Shown: positions 54,751 to 64,000 of the stretch, one piece after another
Layout of the letters: the number at the start of each line of letters is the position of its first letter
How positions within the stretch are numbered: the first letter of the stretch is position 1
Virus record (IMG/VR): IMGVR_UViG_2700989099_000001
Coordinates: 1 to 64,000 of that record
Source of the DNA: a virus
Lineage: Duplodnaviria; Caudoviricetes
Strand: one strand, 5' to 3'
DNA: 64,000 nucleotides
Position numbers and translations under genes: made by a program
Notes under the pieces: model-generated
Told to the model about the DNA's origin: nothing
What the model saw: the letters and a program-made list of their open reading frames with translations, nothing else
The model's database searches: none

Positions 54751-55124
54751 ATCATGTTATGACGAACAATCTAAAGTATAGATTTCCAGATAGTTCTGTT
54801 TTTCAGAGGTTCTTATAACTGGAAATAAATAATAAATATGACGAACTTCTGATACTATAATATAAAAATATGATGAATCTCAGAAAGAGAGATTATGTAT
54901 TCAAGACGGTAAGAACGAATCCTTATGCGTAAGAATAGATAAAACTACTTCATAGGTTATAGTTCAAAGCTCATGCTTTATAGCTTAGAGTTTATATCTT
55001 ATATTGGATAATGAATCCAGTTATAGATTAAGTTTAAAGGATTAAGTTTTCTTTAAAATCCTAGAGTTACGTTTTGTAACTTTCTATATCAGTTTGGTTG
55101 TACGCTAGGCTGTCATAACATGGT
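54751..55124 (+). ncRNA. Putative ~375-nt structured RNA with a 7-nt repeat tract
   Basis: 14-bp closing helix ATCATGTTATGACG/TGTCATAACATGGT; eight 7-mers at 54947-55002; no ORF. Confidence 0.65.
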
Positions 55125-55159
55125 AAAATAAGGGCTACTTTGGTAGTTCTTATTTTTTT
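55125..55159 (+). terminator. Rho-independent terminator
   Basis: AAAATAAGGGCTAC-TTTG-GTAGTTCTTATTTTTTT. Confidence 0.8.
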
Positions 55160-55212
55160 ATACTTTTCTCTTGACAAAGTAAAATGGTTATGGTATAATA
55201 TATTATAACCGA

Positions 55213-57189
55213 TTGAAAGGAATGGTATTAACATTGACAGAAAAAATTAGAAAGCTGAGTAATCGTGACCAAGCTCGTGAAAAAATTGCTGTATGGTACG
55301 GTTCGGCAGATAACTATCAACATGGACTAAAAGAACTACTAGCCAATGCGACAGATGAAATTATTAATAATTTTGAAAAAGGAACTATTACAGTCAAGTT
55401 GAGTGATGATGGTTCAACAGTAACTGTTACTGACACTGGTCGAGGTATTCCAATTTCAGGAGAAACTGATGGAATCCCTAACTATGAATTACTGTTTTTA
55501 ACTCTCTTTGCAGGAACTAAGTATGGAGATAGTGGAGTAACAAATGGAACTTATACAGGTTCAAATGGTGTAGGTACTACAGTTCTTAATTATACGTCAG
55601 TTCTTTTTGAAGTAACATCAGTTATTAAGGGAATTAAATACCATATTAAATTCACTAATGGTGGTGAAGTCACAGAGGATTTAACAGAAGAAAAGACAAG
55701 CAATATTGATGGAACAACTGTGACATTTTCACTTGACCCAACAGTTTATACAAAAACAATTTTCAAAGATGAAGATGTCCGTGAGATTGCACACCGTTAT
55801 GCTGTTAGTTCAAATAAGATTACAGTTGACTATATTCATGGAGAGACTGAATTAAAATACCATTATACAGACTTGAAAGAATATTATTCAGAACTTACAG
55901 GTGCTGTCAATACAAGTGGGATTGTCTTTGGTGATTTGGTTGAGTATCAAGATACAATTACGAGTAATCAACATGATGTTTTCACGTCTCATGAAGAATT
56001 AACTTCTCTTTCGATTGCATTATCAACCTCAACAACACCGACACAAGAATCTTACTTGAACTTAAACTACTTACCTAATGGTGGTAAGATTAACGAAGGA
56101 ATTATTAATGGTATTAAACTTTACGTTAATAAATACTGTCGTGCAAATAATCTGTTTCCTAAGAAAGTCAATTCTTTTTCAGATTCAGACATTACGGAAT
56201 CATTTAGTTTTGTAGCTGTTATGTTCTCAAACAATGTTGAGTTTGCAAATCAAACTAAGTTCTCTACAAACAAAGAACTCTATAAAGAAGTTGCCAAGAG
56301 ACGTGTTACACAAATCTTAGAAGTTACAGAAATTGAAGACCCTAAAAACTTTAAAGATATTATCAATCACTTATTGCTTGTGCAAAAAGAGAATACAGTC
56401 AACGCTAAACACAAAGAGAAACTTAAAAAGAAATTAACTGAAAAAGTTGACTCAATGTCTAATCGTATTGAGAAGTTAGTTGATTCACGTATTCACGGTG
56501 AAGAAGCAGAATTGTATCTTGCAGAAGGTGACTCGGCTCATGGTTCAGTAGTTCAGGCTCGTGATAGTAAGTTCCAAGCAAGTATGCCTATGGGTGGTAA
56601 ATTCCTCAACGTTGAAAAAGCAATGAACATTGAAGATATTGTTAATAATGAAACGGTCATGAATGTAATCAAAGCTCTAGGATGTGGAATTGATTTAGGT
56701 AAGAAACAGAAAGACTTGCCTAAGTTTGATATTGAGAAGTTACGTTATGGAAAAATTATCTGTGCATCAGATGAAGACCCAGACGGTGCTCAAATTCAAT
56801 GCTTGATTATCACTCTGTTTTATAAATTGATGCCAGAAATCATTCACACAGGAAGATTATATTTGGCTCAAACACCTTTGTTTCAAATCAAACTCAAAGA
56901 TGATTCAGTTCTTTATACTTATACAGATGAGGGACGTGATAAAATCCTTAAAGAACAAGGAAGTAAAGTGGTTCAATACTCACGAGCGAAAGGGCTCGGA
57001 GAATTAAATGCAAACATTATGGCTGAGACAGCAATGAACCCTGAAACTCGTCATTTGACACGTGTTACAATTGAAGATGCTAAACATGCAGAACAAGCTA
57101 TCGTTGACTGGATGGGTACAAACGTAGATAATCGTAAAGTATTCATTTCACGAAACCTTAATAAATTTACTAAAGAAGGGTTAGAATAA
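55213..57189 (+). CDS. Type IIA topoisomerase B subunit (GyrB/ParE-like); true start may be TTG 55234
   Basis: GHKL motifs ELLANATDE, DTGRGIP, GSNGVG; TOPRIM LAEGDSA, MGGKFLNV, DEDPDG, KGLGE. Confidence 0.93.
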   Translation: MKGMVLTLTEKIRKLSNRDQAREKIAVWYGSADNYQHGLKELLANATDEIINNFEKGTITVKLSDDGSTVTVTDTGRGIPISGETDGIPNYELLFLTLFAGTKYGDSGVTNGTYTGSNGVGTTVLNYTSVLFEVTSVIKGIKYHIKFTNGGEVTEDLTEEKTSNIDGTTVTFSLDPTVYTKTIFKDEDVREIAHRYAVSSNKITVDYIHGETELKYHYTDLKEYYSELTGAVNTSGIVFGDLVEYQDTITSNQHDVFTSHEELTSLSIALSTSTTPTQESYLNLNYLPNGGKINEGIINGIKLYVNKYCRANNLFPKKVNSFSDSDITESFSFVAVMFSNNVEFANQTKFSTNKELYKEVAKRRVTQILEVTEIEDPKNFKDIINHLLLVQKENTVNAKHKEKLKKKLTEKVDSMSNRIEKLVDSRIHGEEAELYLAEGDSAHGSVVQARDSKFQASMPMGGKFLNVEKAMNIEDIVNNETVMNVIKALGCGIDLGKKQKDLPKFDIEKLRYGKIICASDEDPDGAQIQCLIITLFYKLMPEIIHTGRLYLAQTPLFQIKLKDDSVLYTYTDEGRDKILKEQGSKVVQYSRAKGLGELNANIMAETAMNPETRHLTRVTIEDAKHAEQAIVDWMGTNVDNRKVFISRNLNKFTKEGLE

Positions 57190-57190
57190 A

Positions 57191-59305
57191 ATGGAAATTG
57201 TAGAAAAGGAATTACAACATATTGTGACTGACAATATGGGTCAATATTCAACATATGTACTACTTTCACGTGCTATTCCTGATTTTAGAGACGGATTAAA
57301 GCCATCTTATCGAAGAATTTTATGGGCTATGCAAGAAATGAAAGCTACAAGATTTACAAAATCATTTAACGTAGCTGGTGCAGTCATGCTTTATCACCCT
57401 CACGGTTCAACATATCCGACTATGGTTGGTATGGCTCAGAAAGATAGCCAACTAAATCCTATGGTTATAGGGCAAGGGAACTTCGGTCAGCACGCAAGTG
57501 AATTAGCCTATGGTGCTGAACGTTATACCGAAGTTAAATTAGCTCCGATTGGAGTTGATATGATGGTTGATGTTAAAAAGGGTGGTGTTGACCTCATTGA
57601 TAACTATGATGGTACACGTAAAATTCCAGAAGTTTTTCCAGTTAAATATCCAACTATCTTAGCTTATGCTCAATCAGGAATTGGTGTAGGATTTAGTTCA
57701 AGTATTCCTTCATTTAACACAACTGAATTGTGTGAAGCTATCATTAAACGAATCGAAAATAATGAACAGACATTGCTTATTCCAGACTTTGGTACTGGTG
57801 CTTATATTATCAATGACCCTGATGTTATTAAGTCAATTAATGAGAATGGTAGTGGTTCAATCAATCAACGTGCTAAAGTTGAGTTTGATAAAGATAGTCG
57901 TGAGATTATTGTTAAAGAAATTCCTTATGGAACAACAAAAGAGAAAATTATCGAACGTATTATTAAATTAAATAAAGAAGATAAACTCAAAGAAGTTGCT
58001 AAAGTAGAAGATACAAGTGGATTAAAAGGTCTTGAAATTGTTATCACAGCTAAACGTGGTGTTGACCTCGAACAATTACTTGAAAAACTTTATCAAATAA
58101 CACCAATGCAAGCAAGTTATTCTACTAACTTAATGGTTATTAATCGTCAAGGATTACCAGAAAAGATGGGTGTATGGTCACTTATTGCTAAGTGGTTGGA
58201 CTGGCGAACAGATACATATCAACGTATGATTATGAAAGATATCCAAACCAAACAAGTACAGCTTGAAATTTTGTACGGACTGAAAAATATCAAAGATGAT
58301 TTGGAACATGTAATCAAAATTATTCGTAACTCCACAGATGATAATGTCATTCAAAACTTATCTAGTGAGTTCAGTTTAACTAAGCTTCAAGCAGAACGTG
58401 TTTCAGGGTTGAAACTTAAAAATCTTACCACTACTTTTATTAAGAAACAATTGAGTAATATTAAGAGTCTCGAAAAAGAAATTGAACAACTTGAATGGAC
58501 AATTGAAAAACCTCAACGTATCCATAAACTTATAGTCCAAGATATGAAAGATGTTATTGCTCAATTTGGAACACCTCGTAAATCACAACTTATTGATAAA
58601 TCTGTAGTAGCTAAGAAAGCAAAACTTTCTCCTGCAAATACAGTAGAAGAATATAATGTAAAAGTTATTGTAACTAAAGATGGTTATGTTAAAAAGATTC
58701 CTTTGACTTCTCTTCGTGGCAATGCAGAGATTCAATTTAAAGAAGGAGATGCTCTCACATCAGAAACTGATACTGACAATGGAGAAGAACTTCTTATCTT
58801 CACAAATAGACAAAATGTTTATAAGAAACAGCTTGACGATTTGAATGATACCAAACCAAAAGATTTGGGTAACTACATTCCATCTCTAATTGATTTAGAA
58901 GAAGGTGAAGAAATTCAAGGTATTATAACGCTTTCTAAGGACACTAAATACGTTCTTTTAGGATTTGAAGACGGAAAGGTCGCTAAAGTTAACGTAGAAG
59001 CTTATAGGACGTCCACAAAGCGTTCTAAACTTAAGAACGGTGTAGTTGGTAAAATGATAGTTTTACTGACGACATTAACTGACGATGTAGATATTATGTC
59101 TATCTCTGAAAGTAATAAAGCTATCGTCACTAACACATCTATGATTTCTGCTAAAAATTCTAAAGCAACACAGGGTATTACTAACCAAAAATTAAAAGAA
59201 GGAGAATCAATTAAGAAATTACTTGTTCTTCAAGAAGGTGAAGAGGATAATCGAGAATATTATCGTGTGCAATCAGCAGGTGCTGGTAAGAAATTCAAAG
59301 GATAA
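57191..59305 (+). CDS. Type IIA topoisomerase A subunit (GyrA/ParC-like)
   Basis: RAIPDFRDGLKP..RR, YHPHG, GQGNFG, AERYTE with the catalytic Tyr, C-terminal pinwheel-like repeats. Confidence 0.93.
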   Translation: MEIVEKELQHIVTDNMGQYSTYVLLSRAIPDFRDGLKPSYRRILWAMQEMKATRFTKSFNVAGAVMLYHPHGSTYPTMVGMAQKDSQLNPMVIGQGNFGQHASELAYGAERYTEVKLAPIGVDMMVDVKKGGVDLIDNYDGTRKIPEVFPVKYPTILAYAQSGIGVGFSSSIPSFNTTELCEAIIKRIENNEQTLLIPDFGTGAYIINDPDVIKSINENGSGSINQRAKVEFDKDSREIIVKEIPYGTTKEKIIERIIKLNKEDKLKEVAKVEDTSGLKGLEIVITAKRGVDLEQLLEKLYQITPMQASYSTNLMVINRQGLPEKMGVWSLIAKWLDWRTDTYQRMIMKDIQTKQVQLEILYGLKNIKDDLEHVIKIIRNSTDDNVIQNLSSEFSLTKLQAERVSGLKLKNLTTTFIKKQLSNIKSLEKEIEQLEWTIEKPQRIHKLIVQDMKDVIAQFGTPRKSQLIDKSVVAKKAKLSPANTVEEYNVKVIVTKDGYVKKIPLTSLRGNAEIQFKEGDALTSETDTDNGEELLIFTNRQNVYKKQLDDLNDTKPKDLGNYIPSLIDLEEGEEIQGIITLSKDTKYVLLGFEDGKVAKVNVEAYRTSTKRSKLKNGVVGKMIVLLTTLTDDVDIMSISESNKAIVTNTSMISAKNSKATQGITNQKLKEGESIKKLLVLQEGEEDNREYYRVQSAGAGKKFKG

Positions 59306-59308
59306 AAT

Positions 59309-59906
59309 ATGAAAAAAAGAATATTTAACATTATCAGAGGAGTTCTGATAACAGTCATCACAATCAGTTTGCTATTGGGTTATATCTGGTTTGTCTTTGA
59401 TTTAAACATGCTTGCATGGGGAACTCTCCTTGTAGGTGTTATGCTTCAAGGTACTGTGGTTATGTTTGCAGTTGGTCTATGGTCAATACTATTAAGTTAC
59501 ATCTTCTTCTTTGTTTTAGGTATGGCATTAATATTCTGGATATCAGTTTTATTTGATAAAATCGAAGAATATATTTTTGAAGAAAGGTTCAGAAGTCATG
59601 ATTAAACTATATGTTTGTAAAGCTAAAATTACAACACCATTCATAACACGAAATAAACGTGTAGGATTCTACAAAGAAGGAGAAACATTTCTTATGTATC
59701 TCAGTCCAAAAGGAACTTGGGTCACAACAACACCATTCAATTCAAAAACAGAATCAAACTTAGTTGGAGTGGTTCACCGTTTTGATGCTAAACAAAGTTT
59801 CCTACAAAATATGAACTATATTAATGTTGTTGATTTAATATTTTTCAATGATAAAGAAGAACTTAACTTTTTTATCGAAAGATTTAAGCGTGAAAGAAAG
59901 ATTTAA
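59309..59906 (+). CDS. Two hypothetical ORFs (59309-59605 membrane protein; ~59598-59906)
   Basis: Contiguous within the operon. Confidence 0.6.
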
Positions 59907-59917
59907 GGAGAACAATA

Positions 59918-60436
59918 ATGAACAAAATTAAAATTTATTTCGCAAGCCCACTTTTTTCAGATATGGAACGTTGGTTTAATACTGATATTGTTGACAGCTT
60001 ACGATACGCTCTTCCTGAAAATGTAGAGATTTATCTACCACAGGAAAATGAAGCAATTAATGATAAGTCAGGATATGCAAACTCTGTAATGATTGCAGAA
60101 GCTGATACAAATGAACTGTTGAGTTCTGACTTTATTGTAGCTGTCCTAGACGGTGCAACAATTGATGTTGGTGTGGCTAGTGAAATTGGAGTTGCCTATG
60201 CTAAAGGCATTCCAGTTATTGGTCTGTATTCAGATTCACGTCAAGGTGCTTTTGGAAACACAAATAAAATCAATGCTCTTGAAGAAGTAGGGGAATCACA
60301 ATTCTCTTATATTAATCTCTATACTGTAGGATTAGTTAAATCTAACGGTACTCTATTTAAAGATGTTGGAGATTGGTTCGACTACATCGTTGACGAAGCT
60401 AAAAAATTATTAGAAGAAAAGGAAATAAATGACTAA
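59918..60436 (+). CDS. Nucleoside 2-deoxyribosyltransferase family protein
   Basis: IYFASPLFS, YLPQEN, D...SD, DVGVASEIGVA, YINLY. Confidence 0.9.
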   Translation: MNKIKIYFASPLFSDMERWFNTDIVDSLRYALPENVEIYLPQENEAINDKSGYANSVMIAEADTNELLSSDFIVAVLDGATIDVGVASEIGVAYAKGIPVIGLYSDSRQGAFGNTNKINALEEVGESQFSYINLYTVGLVKSNGTLFKDVGDWFDYIVDEAKKLLEEKEIND

Positions 60437-61088
60437 ACTAATTAACAAGCCAGTGTTCCAATACACATACATCACCATTATCGTACTTGCTCAATTAGTA
60501 GTACTCTTCACAGTTAAAACACCTATTATTCAATGGGTATCAGGTCTTTCAGGTGCATTATATGTATCAACTCTAACGTTCAGTAAGAAATATACTTTCT
60601 TGGTTGCACTTGTATTTAATACAACAATGTTATTCATCGGTATTCAGCATGGAATCTTGTCAGAAAGTATTCAACAACCATTATTTATGGCGATGGGTAT
60701 CATTGGATTCATTCACATGAACTTCAAAGGGCGATACAAATTTATTAATAACACTCTTCAACGAATTAAAAATATTGAAGTTTGGAAAATTCTCTTACTT
60801 AGTATTGTTGTTATGGTAGTTTGGACTTTTATTTCTAAAGGTCTTGGTTCTCCTATTTGGTGGAAAGATGGAATCCTCGGTGGTGTAGCTATCTCAGCAC
60901 AATTATTCTCTATTGCAGGAAACAAATATAGTTGGTTCTACTGGATGACTCTCAACGCTCTTACAACTTGGACATGGTTCACACTTGCAACACCTAACGT
61001 TGCTATGGGTGTTCTATATCTAATCTTCCTTGTAAACTCAATCTTTGGTTACATTGTTTGGAACGCATCTAAAAAAGAAAGCCTTTAA
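60429..61088 (+). CDS. PnuC-like nucleoside/nicotinamide riboside transporter
   Basis: About 7 TM helices; D...AISAQ, W..W...N motif, N...GY..W. Confidence 0.7.
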   Translation: MTKLINKPVFQYTYITIIVLAQLVVLFTVKTPIIQWVSGLSGALYVSTLTFSKKYTFLVALVFNTTMLFIGIQHGILSESIQQPLFMAMGIIGFIHMNFKGRYKFINNTLQRIKNIEVWKILLLSIVVMVVWTFISKGLGSPIWWKDGILGGVAISAQLFSIAGNKYSWFYWMTLNALTTWTWFTLATPNVAMGVLYLIFLVNSIFGYIVWNASKKESL

Positions 61089-61167
61089 TGGGCTTTTTTA
61101 TTATGTCACTTGACAAACCATGAAAAATATGGTATAATATAACTTGAATAGAAATTGGAGGAAATAG

Positions 61168-63669
61168 ATGGATAATTTATTTGTTGTTAAGAAAAGAACA
61201 GATGATAAACAAGAAAGGGTGACAGAAGAATGGAACTTCGATAAGATAGTTTCTGCCTGTCAAAAGTCAGCCCAACACATAGACAAACCTCTAAAGAAGG
61301 AACAAATCACTGAGATTAAATCCTTAGTGGAACTTGCTATCGCTAAGCGTAGAGATAATATTTTAGCTGATACAAATACCCAGCATGAAGATAAACTTCA
61401 TTACATTAATGTTCGTGAAATTCATGATATTGTTTTGTCAGCTCTAAAACAAGTTGATACTGATATCTATGATTCATACCATGAATATCGAAATTATAAA
61501 ATATCGCAAGATAAGCATTATCGTGAACTATACAAAGATTTAGATAGTCTTAAAAATGGAGTCTATAATGAGAATGCAAACAAAGACAGTTCTATTAATT
61601 CAACTAAGCGTTCTCTTCTTGCCGAAATGACTCAGAAGAAAATTGTGACTGACTTTATTCTTCAAAAGAACTGGGTTAAGGCTCATGAAGAAGGGTGGAT
61701 TTATATTCATGACTTAGGAGATTTATACTGGCGAACTTTTAATTGTGACAACGTTGATTTAGCAAATCTCATTAAGACTAAAAAGCAAAAAGATGGAGAG
61801 TATGCTTTTACTTTAAATGGTATTAAATATCCTGAACCTAAATCAATTAGTTCAGCATTTAATTTAGTAGCAGATTTGATTCTCCAAATGTCTAGCCAAC
61901 AATTCGGAGGTTTTAGTGTCCAGAACTTTGACCATTTTCTAGCACCTTATGCAGAATTAACTTATGATAAAGCATTCAAAAGATATATGGAAAAGGGAAT
62001 TGCATATAATACAGCACGTGAAATGGCAGAAGAAGATACTCTTTATGCAATCAAACAGGGCGTTCAAGGATTTGAACTTGAAATAAGTACCATTTCTAAT
62101 GCATTGGGACAAATTCCATTTACATCAATTGGTTTTGGATTGGATACCTCTAAATGGGGTCGTGAAATTACTCGTGCTTTTTTGCTGGAACGTTCTGAAC
62201 CAGATTGTGTACTTGTCTTTCCGAAATTAATCTTTGCTAGTGCTAAAAAAGTTAACTTGAATCCTGATTCACCTAACTATGATTTATTCCAATTGGCTAT
62301 TAAATGCAGTTCAACTAAATTATATCCTGATTACGTTTCAATGGATAATGGTATTCTTGCACCTGCATATGGTCGTCATAAAGATGACTTAGACCAAATT
62401 TTATCAGTACCAATGGGGTGTCGCTCGTATAATAGCTTTGAGTTTATTAATCCTTTAGAAGATTCAGAGGACTTCCAAAAAGAAGTTTATAAAGGACGTG
62501 GAAATGTTGGTGTAGTAACAATTAATTTCCCTAAAATCGCTATAGAATCAGGTGGTAACTGGAATAAATTCTATGAATTATTAAACAAATATTCTAACAT
62601 GACTATGGATATCTTAGATTGGAGATATAACTATGTTGGAGAAGCTAGAGCAGAAAGCAATCCTTTAATGTGGATGGAAGGTGGTGCATGGAGACGACTC
62701 AACCACGATGAGAAAGTCTCTAAAACAATCTTTAACTTCTCTGCTTCTATTGGTATAATTGGGTTCAATGAAGCTTTGAATTACATGTATTTAAATAATG
62801 GGTATAAAGTTGATAACTTACCAAACTACAAGAGTGGTGAACAGCGTCAACAAGACCAAATAAAATTCATGGAAGTTCTTAATTCAATTAAAGACTTTAG
62901 AAATATCCATGACGCTGTTCGTATTGATGAAGAAGGGATTCAAACTCGTGTTTGGGATGATGAAGGAAACTTTATTAATCCAAACCCAGACAAGAAATAC
63001 CTTGAAGTTTATGATGGGTTAGACACAATGTGCAAAACAACTGTCATACCTCGTATGTATTCTATTTATGGAACACCTGCCGAATCTGTTGTATATAAAA
63101 TGATGAAACAATTACAAGAACAATATGGATTCATTAACGGTGTTACAGCTCAAGAAGACGGAAAAGGACGTAATTATATTACTAACTCATTCCACCAGCC
63201 AGTGTGGATAGAATCAAATGTGTTTGATAAGATTGATTTTGAAGCACCTTTCCATTTAGATAAAATGGCAAGTGGTGGACATATCAGTCAAAATGAATTT
63301 GCATATGGTACAGCTGTAACAGTTCTTGAACAAGCTGTTAAATATGCTATGGGAAGAGGCATGTATTACGGAATTAATATTGCATCTAGCCATTGCTTTG
63401 ATTGTGGTTGGAATGGTGAAACAGCAGATGTTTGTCCCGAATGTAATTCAGAGAACGTTGTAACAATACAAAGAGTATGCGGATATCTCTCTATCACATC
63501 ACGCAATGGACATAGTGTTGTCAATGCTGGTAAGACTGAGGAATTACTTGAACGTGTTAATCATGTTGGAAATACTAAGAAAGAATATACGAAGAACTTT
63601 GAGAAGAATCATGACATACAAAGAGATATTGTATCGAAAGAGTTCTCAATGTTTGAATCAGGAGAATAA
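61168..63669 (+). CDS. nrdD: Anaerobic (class III) ribonucleoside-triphosphate reductase
   Basis: ATP-cone, ENANKDS, YIHDL, PMGCRS, TPAES, YITNSFH, CxxC-CxxC, RVCGYL glycyl-radical motif. Confidence 0.95.
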   Translation: MDNLFVVKKRTDDKQERVTEEWNFDKIVSACQKSAQHIDKPLKKEQITEIKSLVELAIAKRRDNILADTNTQHEDKLHYINVREIHDIVLSALKQVDTDIYDSYHEYRNYKISQDKHYRELYKDLDSLKNGVYNENANKDSSINSTKRSLLAEMTQKKIVTDFILQKNWVKAHEEGWIYIHDLGDLYWRTFNCDNVDLANLIKTKKQKDGEYAFTLNGIKYPEPKSISSAFNLVADLILQMSSQQFGGFSVQNFDHFLAPYAELTYDKAFKRYMEKGIAYNTAREMAEEDTLYAIKQGVQGFELEISTISNALGQIPFTSIGFGLDTSKWGREITRAFLLERSEPDCVLVFPKLIFASAKKVNLNPDSPNYDLFQLAIKCSSTKLYPDYVSMDNGILAPAYGRHKDDLDQILSVPMGCRSYNSFEFINPLEDSEDFQKEVYKGRGNVGVVTINFPKIAIESGGNWNKFYELLNKYSNMTMDILDWRYNYVGEARAESNPLMWMEGGAWRRLNHDEKVSKTIFNFSASIGIIGFNEALNYMYLNNGYKVDNLPNYKSGEQRQQDQIKFMEVLNSIKDFRNIHDAVRIDEEGIQTRVWDDEGNFINPNPDKKYLEVYDGLDTMCKTTVIPRMYSIYGTPAESVVYKMMKQLQEQYGFINGVTAQEDGKGRNYITNSFHQPVWIESNVFDKIDFEAPFHLDKMASGGHISQNEFAYGTAVTVLEQAVKYAMGRGMYYGINIASSHCFDCGWNGETADVCPECNSENVVTIQRVCGYLSITSRNGHSVVNAGKTEELLERVNHVGNTKKEYTKNFEKNHDIQRDIVSKEFSMFESGE

Positions 63670-64000
63670 TGGCTTATATACATCAATTAAATGCTATGGA
63701 CTTTGAGAACAGCTTCCAAGAAGGGGGATTTAGACATGATAAGCAATCTAAACTTCCTGTGGGAGCTGTTGTTTCAGTCTTTGTAAACTATTGTTCATTC
63801 CACTGTTTGGGATGTTGGAATAGTGATACATGGGATAGGAAGGATGACCTTTACATTCCAGATGAAAAAGTTGCAGAACAAATCATAGAAGGTTTAGACC
63901 AATTTGAACTTGACCCACCGATAGGGCTGAGTCTCTTGGGTGGCGATTCTCTCTTACCACAGAATGCAGAATCAACAGCTAATATAATTAGACTTGTGCT
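63669..64000 (+). CDS. nrdG: Anaerobic RNR activase (radical SAM), truncated by the window end
   Basis: ATG overlapping the nrdD stop; VSVFVNYCSFHCLGCWN (CxxxCxxC), GLSLLGGD. Confidence 0.9.
   Translation, partial: MAYIHQLNAMDFENSFQEGGFRHDKQSKLPVGAVVSVFVNYCSFHCLGCWNSDTWDRKDDLYIPDEKVAEQIIEGLDQFELDPPIGLSLLGGDSLLPQNAESTANIIRLV

Noticed and set aside
523-57971. Numerous short antisense or alternate-frame ORFs inside long genes (e.g. 523-714, 2019-2219, 33832-34161, 38387-38665, 48872-49261, 57732-57971)
   Set aside because: Shadow ORFs of well-supported genes with no independent translation signals
61168-63669. Intron or intein in nrdD
   Set aside because: Continuous frame; the extra ~50-aa segment lacks intein C/S...HN ends and homing-endonuclease motifs

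Overview
An AT-rich 64-kb segment of a large dsDNA bacteriophage with a Firmicute host. It is most consistent with a lactococcal 949-like phage; this is inferred from P335-type ORFs and motifs and from gene content, not from a search. No virion structural genes are in the window. Layout: (1) 0.1-15.3 kb, + strand: tyrosine recombinase, RecD2-like helicase, LysM protein, phosphatase-like protein, MqsA-like orphan, thymidine kinase and many small ORFs. (2) 15.4-16.8 kb: non-coding convergence zone with DnaA boxes and facing G-rich/C-rich tracts. (3) 16.9-23.1 kb, - strand: small early-type genes, most with their own consensus sigma-A promoter. (4) 23.1-25.2 kb: non-coding origin/regulatory-like block with a perfect CodY box, NrdR-like boxes, DnaA boxes and ten ~35-bp iteron-like repeats. 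(5) 25.3-46 kb: nucleotidase, endolysin, an SPbeta-like replication module (SSB, Sak4-like ATPase, helicase, primase, RecJ) and small ORFs. (6) 46.4-55.1 kb: an RNA-gene island with 6 tRNAs (including an unusual Asn-ATT), a tmRNA, about 9 tRNA-like RNAs with remodelled anticodon arms and several other structured RNAs. It ends in an operon of a coiled-coil protein followed by a ~375-nt closed RNA carrying 7-nt repeats, my best candidate for an undescribed system. (7) 55.2-64 kb: type II topoisomerase subunits, nucleoside deoxyribosyltransferase, PnuC-like transporter, nrdD and partial nrdG. All RNA folds were derived by eye and need computational confirmation.
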